A stretch of 63,293 nt of DNA from a virus (taxonomy: Duplodnaviria > Caudoviricetes). Numbering within the stretch: the stretch's first letter is position 1; the number at the start of each line of letters is the position of its first letter. The position numbers and the translations under genes are program-made. The stretch is taken from the IMG/VR virus record IMGVR_UViG_3300032006_002122, positions 1 to 63,293 of that record. One strand, 5' to 3'. Below the pieces are notes generated by a model. That model saw only the letters and a program-made list of their open reading frames with translations. It made no database searches and was not told the origin of the DNA. Positions 38,026-46,301 of the stretch are shown here, piece by piece.

Positions 38026-40074
38026 TTATTCTATGTTATATCTTTCTTTCAAACGGTGTCTTAATAGCGTGTCAATTTGAGCCATCGTCATGGTTTGGTC
38101 ATTTCGATACTCGTTAACCAATTCTCCAAACACTGTCATTATTTGTTCAGAGGTTACTGTTTTACGTGTTCCAAAAGGAACGTGTAAAAATTGGGGTGGC
38201 AATCCATGTGCCGCAACTGGTTGTTGATAGTGTGGCTCAGCAACAGGCATTCCGTAGGGTACAAATCCGGGGTTTAGTCCACTACTGTGGTCTTCCCCAG
38301 TCATGCAATCGATTTCGTTAGTAGTCTTTCCTTCCGGTAGTTGATCGAGTGGTACAATGTAATCATTAGCATGTTTGTGCTTATGAATATGTTCATGTTC
38401 GTGAACATGCTTCTGAACATTTGATCTCTCAGTACTCGAATCTTCTTTAATATGATCCTCCGCATTATTATCATACCCCTCATCCTGATTTTCATCAACG
38501 TTTTTTCCGTTTTTTCTGCGTCTTCTTCCAATTCTTCCTAAGATAAGGGGTACTCCATATTTTAGAGCCAATGCTCCCAAGCTGGCACCTCCCAGAGCAA
38601 AGCCCACATTTTCAACAGCGTTTCCGTTTCCGCCAGTAGGTTCATCAAGGTAGTGGGCGCTATTATCTTTAAGCTGATTTATAATCTGGTCTTTATCTTT
38701 GACAAAAACCAGAAGTTGTTCTATCCTTGAATTTAAGGATTGTTTTTGCCCCTCAACAGCCCCAAGAAGATCTTTTAGTCCACTAATTTCATTATTAGCT
38801 GAAGATAGATTTCCACTAACTCCAGAGAGTTCAGCTTTTAAAGTTTCAGACAGGGATTCTAGATTGGTTAGTTTTTCTTGAAGTTGTGAGATCTTATCAA
38901 GATATTCCTGTCTCTCTTTTTCAAAGTCTACGGGAGGGTCTACTGGTGGATTTGGTCCGGGGTCTGGCCTTCCGGGCCAAGGGTTGAAACCACCCCCGCC
39001 ATCTGGTGGATTTGGCCCGCCGGGATTTGGCCCGCCGGGATTTGGTGGTTGCGGTTGCGGTGGGCGAGGATTATTCCAAGGACACCAAGGGAATATGCCG
39101 TTGTCTTCATACAGTTCGCCAACCTTTATACCTCCGTAATATTGAGCAGTGTCTGCAACACCGCCGTCTGGAAACTTGAGTTTTGGACAAAACATAAAAT
39201 GTCCATCATCAGTTCTTCTAAGCCGACCGTTGTGGGGGATTACTACGTGGTCTTTAATCTTAGTCTTGCAGTGCGGACAAATGGCGTTAAGTCTTTCCTC
39301 GGCTGATTTAGTATTTTTTTTAATCTTTTCATTTTCATAAACTAGATTGTAAGAAGTTTCAATTGGATACCCTCTTCCGTTCCCATCCATTATTTCGTAA
39401 ATTTGTTTTAAGGATAAACCAGCACCATAATCATCTGGTCCGTCATCTGACCAAGCACCATCACCTACTCGCCAAGCAAGAAGAATTCCAATTCTGCTGT
39501 GAAGCTCCCCTTTGTCGTCTTTTACAAGAATTAAAACACCGCTTCCAGACTGACCACCAATTGGTGCAGCATTAAAGCTGATAACCGCTCCGGTATTGCT
39601 TCTAACTCTACTTTTCCAATAACAAGCCCATTGTGCAGAAGGACATCCCCCTCCCATAATCAAATCATTGGGTTTTATAACTGTTCCTTTTGGGGCAAGG
39701 GGTATAACCCTAGGTGGATACCTACCAAAGTATTTTTTCTTTACGGAGAGGACAGCAAGATCAAGGGCGGTCCCTTCTTCATAAGTTGAATATTCCGTTT
39801 TAAAGGGAATCATTGCTGACTTGTAGCCCTCTTGGAAAAACTCTAGATGGCCTCTAGAAGATTTTCCGACAACGTGTCCGTTGGTTAGTACGTAATATTT
39901 TTCCTCATCTTCGGCAAAAACTGTTCCGCTACCGCGAGCGCTGTTTGTACTAACTCTGCATACAGCGTCTAAAGCCTCGTCCATTGTCAATGGCTTGGCC
40001 CAAGACGTATTGGAAAATAAAAGAGATCCCAAAAAGATTATTGCGAATATTGCTAGCTTTTTCATGTTGCGCAT
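38026..40074 (-). CDS. Membrane-anchored trypsin-like serine protease with Pro-rich linker and coiled coil
   Basis: Signal peptide; TNGHV, DLAVL, GQSGSG; PNPGG repeats; heptad region; TM followed by RRRRK. Confidence 0.82.
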   Translation of the reverse strand: MRNMKKLAIFAIIFLGSLLFSNTSWAKPLTMDEALDAVCRVSTNSARGSGTVFAEDEEKYYVLTNGHVVGKSSRGHLEFFQEGYKSAMIPFKTEYSTYEEGTALDLAVLSVKKKYFGRYPPRVIPLAPKGTVIKPNDLIMGGGCPSAQWACYWKSRVRSNTGAVISFNAAPIGGQSGSGVLILVKDDKGELHSRIGILLAWRVGDGAWSDDGPDDYGAGLSLKQIYEIMDGNGRGYPIETSYNLVYENEKIKKNTKSAEERLNAICPHCKTKIKDHVVIPHNGRLRRTDDGHFMFCPKLKFPDGGVADTAQYYGGIKVGELYEDNGIFPWCPWNNPRPPQPQPPNPGGPNPGGPNPPDGGGGFNPWPGRPDPGPNPPVDPPVDFEKERQEYLDKISQLQEKLTNLESLSETLKAELSGVSGNLSSANNEISGLKDLLGAVEGQKQSLNSRIEQLLVFVKDKDQIINQLKDNSAHYLDEPTGGNGNAVENVGFALGGASLGALALKYGVPLILGRIGRRRRKNGKNVDENQDEGYDNNAEDHIKEDSSTERSNVQKHVHEHEHIHKHKHANDYIVPLDQLPEGKTTNEIDCMTGEDHSSGLNPGFVPYGMPVAEPHYQQPVAAHGLPPQFLHVPFGTRKTVTSEQIMTVFGELVNEYRNDQTMTMAQIDTLLRHRLKERYNIE
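39008..39045. repeat. 15-bp tandem repeat (2.5 copies) encoding PNPGG
   Basis: GGATTTGGCCCGCCG twice, then GGATTTGG. Confidence 0.8.
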
Positions 40075-40080
40075 CTTGTA

Positions 40081-40734
40081 TCACCAATCTTTCTCTATTG
40101 TAAACTGATATTTAAACAATGGAGATCTTGCCAAATCCGCAGGAGTTGTTGCGCTATCCGCTAAGTAGGGCACGGGATCTATATAGTTTTTTCTGTATGC
40201 GAATGTTACAGCAGTGCTGCAAACAAAAACATCATTTGGGTCTTCGTCTTTTATATTTTGTTTTGCGAGCCTGCAAAACGGTAGATAGTGTTTGCCCAGT
40301 TTCCAAAAATTTTTCCATCCATATGGCAAACCTGTAATCTCTAGCATTGTGTCTGTAATTTCACTCTTTATGTCAGAATCTAATTTATATTCTAAAGGCT
40401 CATTAGATAATATGGGTTTTACAGACCTGTTTTCTATATTCTTCGGCCAAGCCTCAAACTTGTTTTGGACAACATGGCTAGCCGCTCTAAAGATATCTAT
40501 GTTATCTGGATGCGATTCAACCTGACTTTTCAGGGATACAGATCTTCCTCCTTTAAACTCCCTGAATTCAACGCATTCAAGATTGTCTCCATCCCAATGA
40601 GCCATTCCAACATGGCTATGAACTCCGCTTCCGTACCTTTTTATTAGCCAAGAGATTAAACCCTCTCCTCTAAATAAAAGGACATCCGCCTCTTCTATTT
40701 GTTCAAGGGCTTGTGAATATGGAACCAGAGTCAT
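40081..40734 (-). CDS. Permuted papain-like NlpC/P60 amidase (YiiX/YaeF-like)
   Basis: DVLLF...HSHVGM (His first), GLPY, FVCST (Cys later), TPADL. Confidence 0.8.
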   Translation of the reverse strand: MTLVPYSQALEQIEEADVLLFRGEGLISWLIKRYGSGVHSHVGMAHWDGDNLECVEFREFKGGRSVSLKSQVESHPDNIDIFRAASHVVQNKFEAWPKNIENRSVKPILSNEPLEYKLDSDIKSEITDTMLEITGLPYGWKNFWKLGKHYLPFCRLAKQNIKDEDPNDVFVCSTAVTFAYRKNYIDPVPYLADSATTPADLARSPLFKYQFTIEKDW

Positions 40735-41054
40735 TCTTTATCTTCCAGCTTTTTTTCTATTCTATCTAGTATATCTGCTATCCTTCTTTGGTCGTTAACA
40801 ATTTGTGTCATAATTTGTTGCATCTCTTTTTGTGTTTCTGCCCAGCTTCTGGGGACATAAACTAAAGGTGTCCCATCAGAGTCCTGTCTGGAAACAACCT
40901 TGTAAGTATGCTGTATCCAGTCTCTTTCATCGCCCATTAAGACTGATTTCGGGGTTACAGATCTCAGAATAAGAACCTCAATAACCTTCCCCAAACCCAC
41001 AACTATAGCAACTATTGCTGCCAAAACAGGAATTGAAAGGATTTCTGATTCCAT
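40731..41054 (-). CDS. Single-TM protein with C-terminal coiled coil (holin-like)
   Basis: GGAGA RBS; ILSIPVLAAIVAIVVGLGKVIEVL; start refined to MESEIL. Confidence 0.55.
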   Translation of the reverse strand: MESEILSIPVLAAIVAIVVGLGKVIEVLILRSVTPKSVLMGDERDWIQHTYKVVSRQDSDGTPLVYVPRSWAETQKEMQQIMTQIVNDQRRIADILDRIEKKLEDKE

Positions 41055-41065
41055 TTTTATTCTCC

Positions 41066-41106
41066 AAAAAAAACGGGGGGCGGGCTGACTAGCAGCCAAC
41101 CCCCCG
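41066..41106 (-). terminator. Rho-independent terminator
   Basis: GC-rich stem CGGGGGG..GGCTG / CAGCC..CCCCCCG followed by 8 T on the minus strand. Confidence 0.78.
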
Positions 41107-41127
41107 CTATACAAACAAACAATAACT

Positions 41128-41724
41128 TTAACCGGTGAACGACTTGTAGTCGTCTTGTTGCGGAATAATTGCTCCGTACATGTAAACAAGCTCACCGGGC
41201 ACTGCATGATGATCCTGTGCGGCATCATCTGTGGCGTTGTTAGAATTATTCGTAGTTGATACGAAAGTCTTCTTAGCAACAGCACCCTTGGTCAAGGCTG
41301 TCTCGTAAGGAGTTGCAAACAGGTCAAAGCTACTGTTAGCGTAGTTGTAGTAACTAAGCTGAATATGAATAGCTCTGCGGAAGAAGTCGCTTCCGGGGAT
41401 GCGTAGAGCATCGGTTGCTACGTTGTTGATAGTCGTGGCCATTCCACGAATAAGGAATTGAGGAGCAGAAGAACTTCTGTCGGCTCTCTTCGGGAAAAAC
41501 GCAAGTGCTCCAGAGCCTTTACTTGTCTGTACACCAACCTTAAACGCACTTCCGGTCTTGGCGATAATTTTGGAGCCATACAGAAGAGTGTTATCTAGGT
41601 TGTCTAGAAGAGCGACTGAATTACTTACATGGGTGTCCGTGGCGGAAACATTGCCGCCGTTTAGAACGGTTGCCCCATTTACTACTTCGGCTCCTCCAGC
41701 GGACTTTGCTGCCTGTGTAGCCAT
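41128..41724 (-). CDS. Hypothetical Ala/Gly/Thr-rich protein, possible virion protein
   Basis: Has its own 5' intergenic region, GAGG RBS and terminator; composition. Confidence 0.55.
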   Translation of the reverse strand: MATQAAKSAGGAEVVNGATVLNGGNVSATDTHVSNSVALLDNLDNTLLYGSKIIAKTGSAFKVGVQTSKGSGALAFFPKRADRSSSAPQFLIRGMATTINNVATDALRIPGSDFFRRAIHIQLSYYNYANSSFDLFATPYETALTKGAVAKKTFVSTTNNSNNATDDAAQDHHAVPGELVYMYGAIIPQQDDYKSFTG

Positions 41725-41796
41725 ACTAAAACCTCATATTTTATGGATTTCAGCTTTTTCCTATTTATCCTATAGTGCAGTCCGTTTCCTAAGTGT

Positions 41797-42294
41797 TTAT
41801 ACACCATTATCGAGCAATTTTTCCAGTTTTTTAAGACCCTCGATAACGTATCTTCTGGCCGTTTCTCTGCTATAATCGTTTATTCCGGCAATTTCTTCCA
41901 TAGTAAATCTATAAAAAAATTTTTGCTTTATGACAATTCTAAATCTAGGATGTAGCTGCTGTATTAAATCTTCTAACTCAAAATATTTGTAGCTGACATC
42001 ATCTGACAATGAGATTGAATCGTTATACGAGACACATCTCTTGTCTCTTCTTATTTTATAGCACTGTTTTTTGCATTCCCAAGTTATTCTGCTGTAAAGA
42101 AACGATGTGAATTTTTTTCCTTTTTCAGGGTCGTATTTCTGAAGAGCAGACCACAGAGAAATTAGTTTACATCTCTCAAGCTCATCGTAAGGGATGATGG
42201 TAAAATACTTAGAACAAACCTTGTTCATTATATTTATATTATTTCTATCTCTTAAAGCCTCGTTAAACTCTGTGTCTCCAATTGTCTTGTTCAT
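41797..42294 (-). CDS. Phage sigma70-family RNA polymerase sigma factor
   Basis: Region 2 LWSALQKYDPEKGKKFTSF; region 4 TMEEIAGINDYSRETARR. Confidence 0.85.
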   Translation of the reverse strand: MNKTIGDTEFNEALRDRNNINIMNKVCSKYFTIIPYDELERCKLISLWSALQKYDPEKGKKFTSFLYSRITWECKKQCYKIRRDKRCVSYNDSISLSDDVSYKYFELEDLIQQLHPRFRIVIKQKFFYRFTMEEIAGINDYSRETARRYVIEGLKKLEKLLDNGV

Positions 42295-42939
42295 TTAATC
42301 CTCTTGATCTGCCCTGAACATAAATCCACCAGACAGATCTTTTGCCTTTTTGTACAAGATTAGCTTTTTTACGTATTTCTCATCCTTATCATCGTTTGCG
42401 CTTATGTAATCTATTTCACCGTTTGGGAATACAAAAATAGCCCAGTATTTGTATTGAGATAGAGACTTTTTTATTATAGATATAGTCTCTTTTATCTCTT
42501 TTCCAAATTCAGAATCTGTTATACTGTCAATTTTATCTATTTTTACAATGTCGCTTCCACACAGGAGAGATTCTATATTTGTTCTTGAGCTTCTAAAGTT
42601 AAATAATTTTCCAATCCCTACAAAAAATCTATACCTGCTTAATATGACAAGTAGTTCAACACCATCAACGCTCTCTATAATCTCTTTTACGGAATCAGTT
42701 ATGTCAAAATTGGTATGACCTGTCCAGCAATCAAATTGTTTTGTAGGACTCATTTTGTCGTGAAGCTGATAGATACCAAGAGGTGTGGTAACAAGCTTTG
42801 GTATTTTTTGGAAGATGCTTAGCTGGTCTTCTATTCCCTCAGCCCCTTCTTCAAAATCTTCGAGATCAGATTTATTAAAGGCTTCTTCTTCTATTATGTC
42901 GTCGTCCCATTTTTCCCAAGCTATTTTTCTCTCCAACAT
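42295..42939 (-). CDS. Hypothetical protein
   Basis: 214-aa co-oriented ORF. Confidence 0.65.
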   Translation of the reverse strand: MLERKIAWEKWDDDIIEEEAFNKSDLEDFEEGAEGIEDQLSIFQKIPKLVTTPLGIYQLHDKMSPTKQFDCWTGHTNFDITDSVKEIIESVDGVELLVILSRYRFFVGIGKLFNFRSSRTNIESLLCGSDIVKIDKIDSITDSEFGKEIKETISIIKKSLSQYKYWAIFVFPNGEIDYISANDDKDEKYVKKLILYKKAKDLSGGFMFRADQED

Positions 42940-42974
42940 GATGTATTCCTTTACGAAATGAGTTTTCTTGTTGG

Positions 42975-43394
42975 TTAAATTTCATCGAAGCCATTGTTTT
43001 TTTCCAACATGTTTCCCATAACGTCCGTAGGCTTCACCACAATAGAGTCAGATTTCGATTTTATGGAATCTGTCTGCTTGGTCATGGATTCGTTAAGAGT
43101 GTATAATATTGAGAGGTAATCGTTGTAATTACCCTCTTTCCGAGTATAATCTTGTAGGAACTCTAAGATTTCTGGCATCAAGGCGCCCACATTAACTTCG
43201 TATAAAAGTAATGCAAATCTTTTTAATGATTCAGGATCGTCTCTCCATCCGCAATCTATAAAAATTTGATCGTCACTATCAACGTGAAGAATAATAAAAC
43301 CTTCAGACAATTCTTCAGGTCTTATTTCCGGTTCCGGTGTTGGTTCGATTTTCTCTTTCGAGAAAAGTTTTTTTATACGAGATATAAGGTTCAT
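42975..43394 (-). CDS. Hypothetical protein
   Basis: 139-aa co-oriented ORF. Confidence 0.6.
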   Translation of the reverse strand: MNLISRIKKLFSKEKIEPTPEPEIRPEELSEGFIILHVDSDDQIFIDCGWRDDPESLKRFALLLYEVNVGALMPEILEFLQDYTRKEGNYNDYLSILYTLNESMTKQTDSIKSKSDSIVVKPTDVMGNMLEKNNGFDEI

Positions 43395-43399
43395 ATTAA

Positions 43400-43618
43400 T
43401 TACAATTGCGATAACAAATCTAGGCAGCTTTGGGCGTGTTCGTAATCCTCTAGGGATTTAATAGCTTCTTCCACTACGTTTGAGTGATCTCCAACCGCCA
43501 GAGGCTGGGTTGTGTAAAGAACATATCTAACCCTAGCTTCCTCCTTCTTGGATTCAAAATGTTTCTCAACCGCTTTGGTAACCCCTTTAAGTGCCACGCT
43601 AACTGTCTTCGAGTCCAT
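43400..43618 (-). CDS. Small hypothetical protein
   Basis: Strong AGGAGG RBS upstream. Confidence 0.6.
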   Translation of the reverse strand: MDSKTVSVALKGVTKAVEKHFESKKEEARVRYVLYTTQPLAVGDHSNVVEEAIKSLEDYEHAQSCLDLLSQL

Positions 43619-43654
43619 CCTTTTCCTCCTGTGTATAAAATTATTAAATCCTAA

Positions 43655-43831
43655 TTATGCAGAACGAAGGCTGTCGCCAACGATCCAAGCTCCACCGAGA
43701 AGTACGATATGATTAACCTGATCGGCTGCTAGGTTAAGACCAAGTCCGTCATTAAAAACACACAAAACAACGCCGCCGATAGCAACCCAGAATCTACGAG
43801 AGACCATTAAGTTCTTAATCTTGTCTACCAT
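43655..43831 (-). CDS. Small two-TM holin-like protein (58 aa)
   Basis: Manual translation MVDKIKNLMVSRRFWVAIGGVVLCVF...HIVLLGGAWIVGDSLRSA; GGAGA RBS. Confidence 0.6.
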   Translation of the reverse strand: MVDKIKNLMVSRRFWVAIGGVVLCVFNDGLGLNLAADQVNHIVLLGGAWIVGDSLRSA

Positions 43832-43881
43832 TGTGAATCTCCAGTTCTAAAAATCATAGAAAAAAAGTAAGGTCGAGTCAA

Positions 43882-44088
43882 CTATTTAGGGCAATTGGCG
43901 CAATTGCACCCAGACTCGTCACAGGCGCATTCATCGCATACGCAGGAATCACAAGCGCACACGGAATGCTTTCCAGCTACGGGACATTTTCCAGCGCAAA
44001 CGCAAAACAGTGGGCACAAGTGAAGTGACCATCCGATTACGCCGCCAACAAGAAAGCATAGCCAGTGATTTTTAACCATGTTTAACAT
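43882..44088 (-). CDS. Cys-rich metallothionein-like small protein with hydrophobic N-terminus
   Basis: 14 Cys in 68 aa; repeated CxC motifs. Confidence 0.55.
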   Translation of the reverse strand: MLNMVKNHWLCFLVGGVIGWSLHLCPLFCVCAGKCPVAGKHSVCACDSCVCDECACDESGCNCANCPK

Positions 44089-44921
44089 TTTAATTCTCCT
44101 TTAAACTTAAGTTCTAACTCTTGGTGACACCCAATAATGTTTGAAAAGTCCATAGACTCTAAATCTACAGACTGTCCATTCAAATATTTATCGTTAAGAT
44201 CTTCCAAAGATATGCCAAAATGTTTTCCGCTCATGTTTTCTGAAGACCCAACAAGGTTGAGAGGTGTGTTAACCACGCAACTGGAAATCAGGGAAGCCAT
44301 GTTTTCGGAAAGCTTGTGTGCGAAAGGGAGACCTCTTCCTTCTAGGGCATTTGGTGTATCAAAGTCGTATTGGGAAATTATATTTAACACATCATCTTTT
44401 CTGAAGATATGTCCGTCCATTGAAAATGGGTAAGCAAAATTTGTAAAAGGTGGTAGGACTTTCCAGTTCCAAACAAGAAACATGTCGTCAACTACAGTAA
44501 ACTTATTAGGGGGAATGCATCTTGATCCAGAGTATTGGTTTTGAATATATGTATTTTTTCCCATTCTAAGGGATAGGCACATTGGTGATTCTTCTACGGA
44601 AAGAATATTGTTTATATCATTTATATTGACTGGTATCTTTTTATACAAGATATTGTCATCAACGAAGAAGCAAACTTTGTCGTTAGAAGATTTTACTATA
44701 TCAACAGTGTCTTCTTTAAAGTTTTTTTCTTCAACCCATGAAAATCTATCGTAAGATGGGTATTTCCCGCTTGCTATTGAGTAGCCCTCTTTAAACTTTT
44801 CGTTTGACGATTCAAATAATATAATAACCTCAAAGAGACCGTTCCCGTTTAGTGATATACTCTGAAGGAACAGGTCTAATTGGCACGCTCTGTCTTTAGA
44901 AAATACTATGGCCGTTATCAT
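44082..44921 (-). CDS. Putative GT-A-like glycosyltransferase, SKxRACQL family
   Basis: FSKDRACQLDLFLQSI, CFFVDDNIL, LSLRMGKN, NFAYPFSMDGHIFR. Confidence 0.65.
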   Translation of the reverse strand: MITAIVFSKDRACQLDLFLQSISLNGNGLFEVIILFESSNEKFKEGYSIASGKYPSYDRFSWVEEKNFKEDTVDIVKSSNDKVCFFVDDNILYKKIPVNINDINNILSVEESPMCLSLRMGKNTYIQNQYSGSRCIPPNKFTVVDDMFLVWNWKVLPPFTNFAYPFSMDGHIFRKDDVLNIISQYDFDTPNALEGRGLPFAHKLSENMASLISSCVVNTPLNLVGSSENMSGKHFGISLEDLNDKYLNGQSVDLESMDFSNIIGCHQELELKFKGELKC

Positions 44922-44935
44922 TTTGATAAACCGGT

Positions 44936-45247
44936 CTAATCTTTTTTAGTATTATCTTTTAAATAATTCTCTTCTGTCGAATTAAGTATATGAACACCTC
45001 TCCCTTTGTATACCAGAGTTCTTCCATTCTTCCTGTATTTTCCTCTTCTAGAATAATGGAAAACTTCTCCGCTCTGTGGGTCTTCGTATACGTAAATAGC
45101 CCCTGAAGATTTCTCTTTGTTTTCCCATTGACTGTTGCAAAATGCAACTCTTTGTTTTTGGTCGGGAAAACTTTGATTGGACTTGTCATCGCTCATGCAT
45201 CTTGAGACAAAGTCTTTTTGACTTTCATTATTTCGTGGAGATGGCAT
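44936..45247 (-). CDS. Hypothetical protein
   Basis: N-terminal P.P...ESQKDFVSRCM...QRVAFC..QW small domain. Confidence 0.6.
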   Translation of the reverse strand: MPSPRNNESQKDFVSRCMSDDKSNQSFPDQKQRVAFCNSQWENKEKSSGAIYVYEDPQSGEVFHYSRRGKYRKNGRTLVYKGRGVHILNSTEENYLKDNTKKD

Positions 45248-46301
45248 TGATTATCCTTTTTGCTGTGTTTTTCCAAGAAAAGTGCTTAGCAGTCTCTATA
45301 CCAGCTTTATTTGAAACTTCATTGCCAGATTTTTTTGAGCAGTGTATAGACTGCATATGCTCTATTAATTGACCCATGGCGTTGTTGTTAATTGATGCCC
45401 ATTTTCCCTGACCTTTAAACCAAATTCCATCATTGGCTTCTTCTAGTTCATCTATATGTATGAGCTTGCAATTCTTTCTGTTGCAAAATTCAGTATGTGC
45501 AGAATAGTCAGTTGCAATAACAGACTTTCCGCAACTCATCATCTCAAGTAGTTCTAAATTCCAACCTTCTGCTCGTGAAGGAAAGACCCCACAATCAGCA
45601 GACGCCATTATACTATACACCTCTTTCTGTGTCTCTTTCCTTGGAATAAGCTTTATCTTATCGCCAAGTTTAGATGACTTGTATAGGCTTTCCCATTTCA
45701 AATTTTCTTCCGGTGAAAAGAAAGGGTTGCTACACATCATCCATAATTCGACATTATCTTCCTTGCTAAAAGCCGAATTAAAAGCTTCAATTAAAATATC
45801 GTGCCCCTTCCTAATTTCCCACTTTCCTATATTCAGAAAAATTGTTTTTTCTGTTACGTTGAGAGTTTCCGAAAAGATTGATCTATCTACACCCAGAGGT
45901 ATCACGCTTACTGGTGGGCAAGAGTGTCTGTTGAAATTTTCTTCAACAATATTTTTAGCCCAATGTGAGCAAACAAAAATATGGTCAAGGCTTGATAGGT
46001 GGTGCATTTCAATTTCATTGAATCTGTCTAATTCAAAAATCGGATATCCTATATGCTCACCCTTCCCGACAAACTGGCTCATGTCATGCTGATGCCATAT
46101 TCTTATACACGGAGCTTCAAAGTCTGGCTTAATCGCATTTCTAGCACAGTCGCTCAGTCTTTCATGCACCTCTTTGGGGCAGTCTATATTGCCTATGTTC
46201 CAAAGAGACAAGTCGCAAATATCACTTAGGCTTAATGCTATATTAGTTCCAGCTACCCCATAACCAAGTTGATTTATTGGAGTTATAAGATTAACATTCA
46301 T
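45228..46301 (-). CDS. Glycosyltransferase family 4
   Basis: GYGVAG, GKWEIRKGHD, PSRAEGWNLELLEMMSCG. Confidence 0.88.
   Translation of the reverse strand: MNVNLITPINQLGYGVAGTNIALSLSDICDLSLWNIGNIDCPKEVHERLSDCARNAIKPDFEAPCIRIWHQHDMSQFVGKGEHIGYPIFELDRFNEIEMHHLSSLDHIFVCSHWAKNIVEENFNRHSCPPVSVIPLGVDRSIFSETLNVTEKTIFLNIGKWEIRKGHDILIEAFNSAFSKEDNVELWMMCSNPFFSPEENLKWESLYKSSKLGDKIKLIPRKETQKEVYSIMASADCGVFPSRAEGWNLELLEMMSCGKSVIATDYSAHTEFCNRKNCKLIHIDELEEANDGIWFKGQGKWASINNNAMGQLIEHMQSIHCSKKSGNEVSNKAGIETAKHFSWKNTAKRIINAISTK

Noticed and set aside
39008-39045. Tandem repeat as a CRISPR or regulatory array
   Set aside because: No spacers; it is an in-frame coding repeat for a Pro/Gly linker
41055-41285. N-terminal extension of ORF 40731-41285
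   Set aside because: It overlaps the upstream gene and crosses a terminator; the RBS supports a start at 41054
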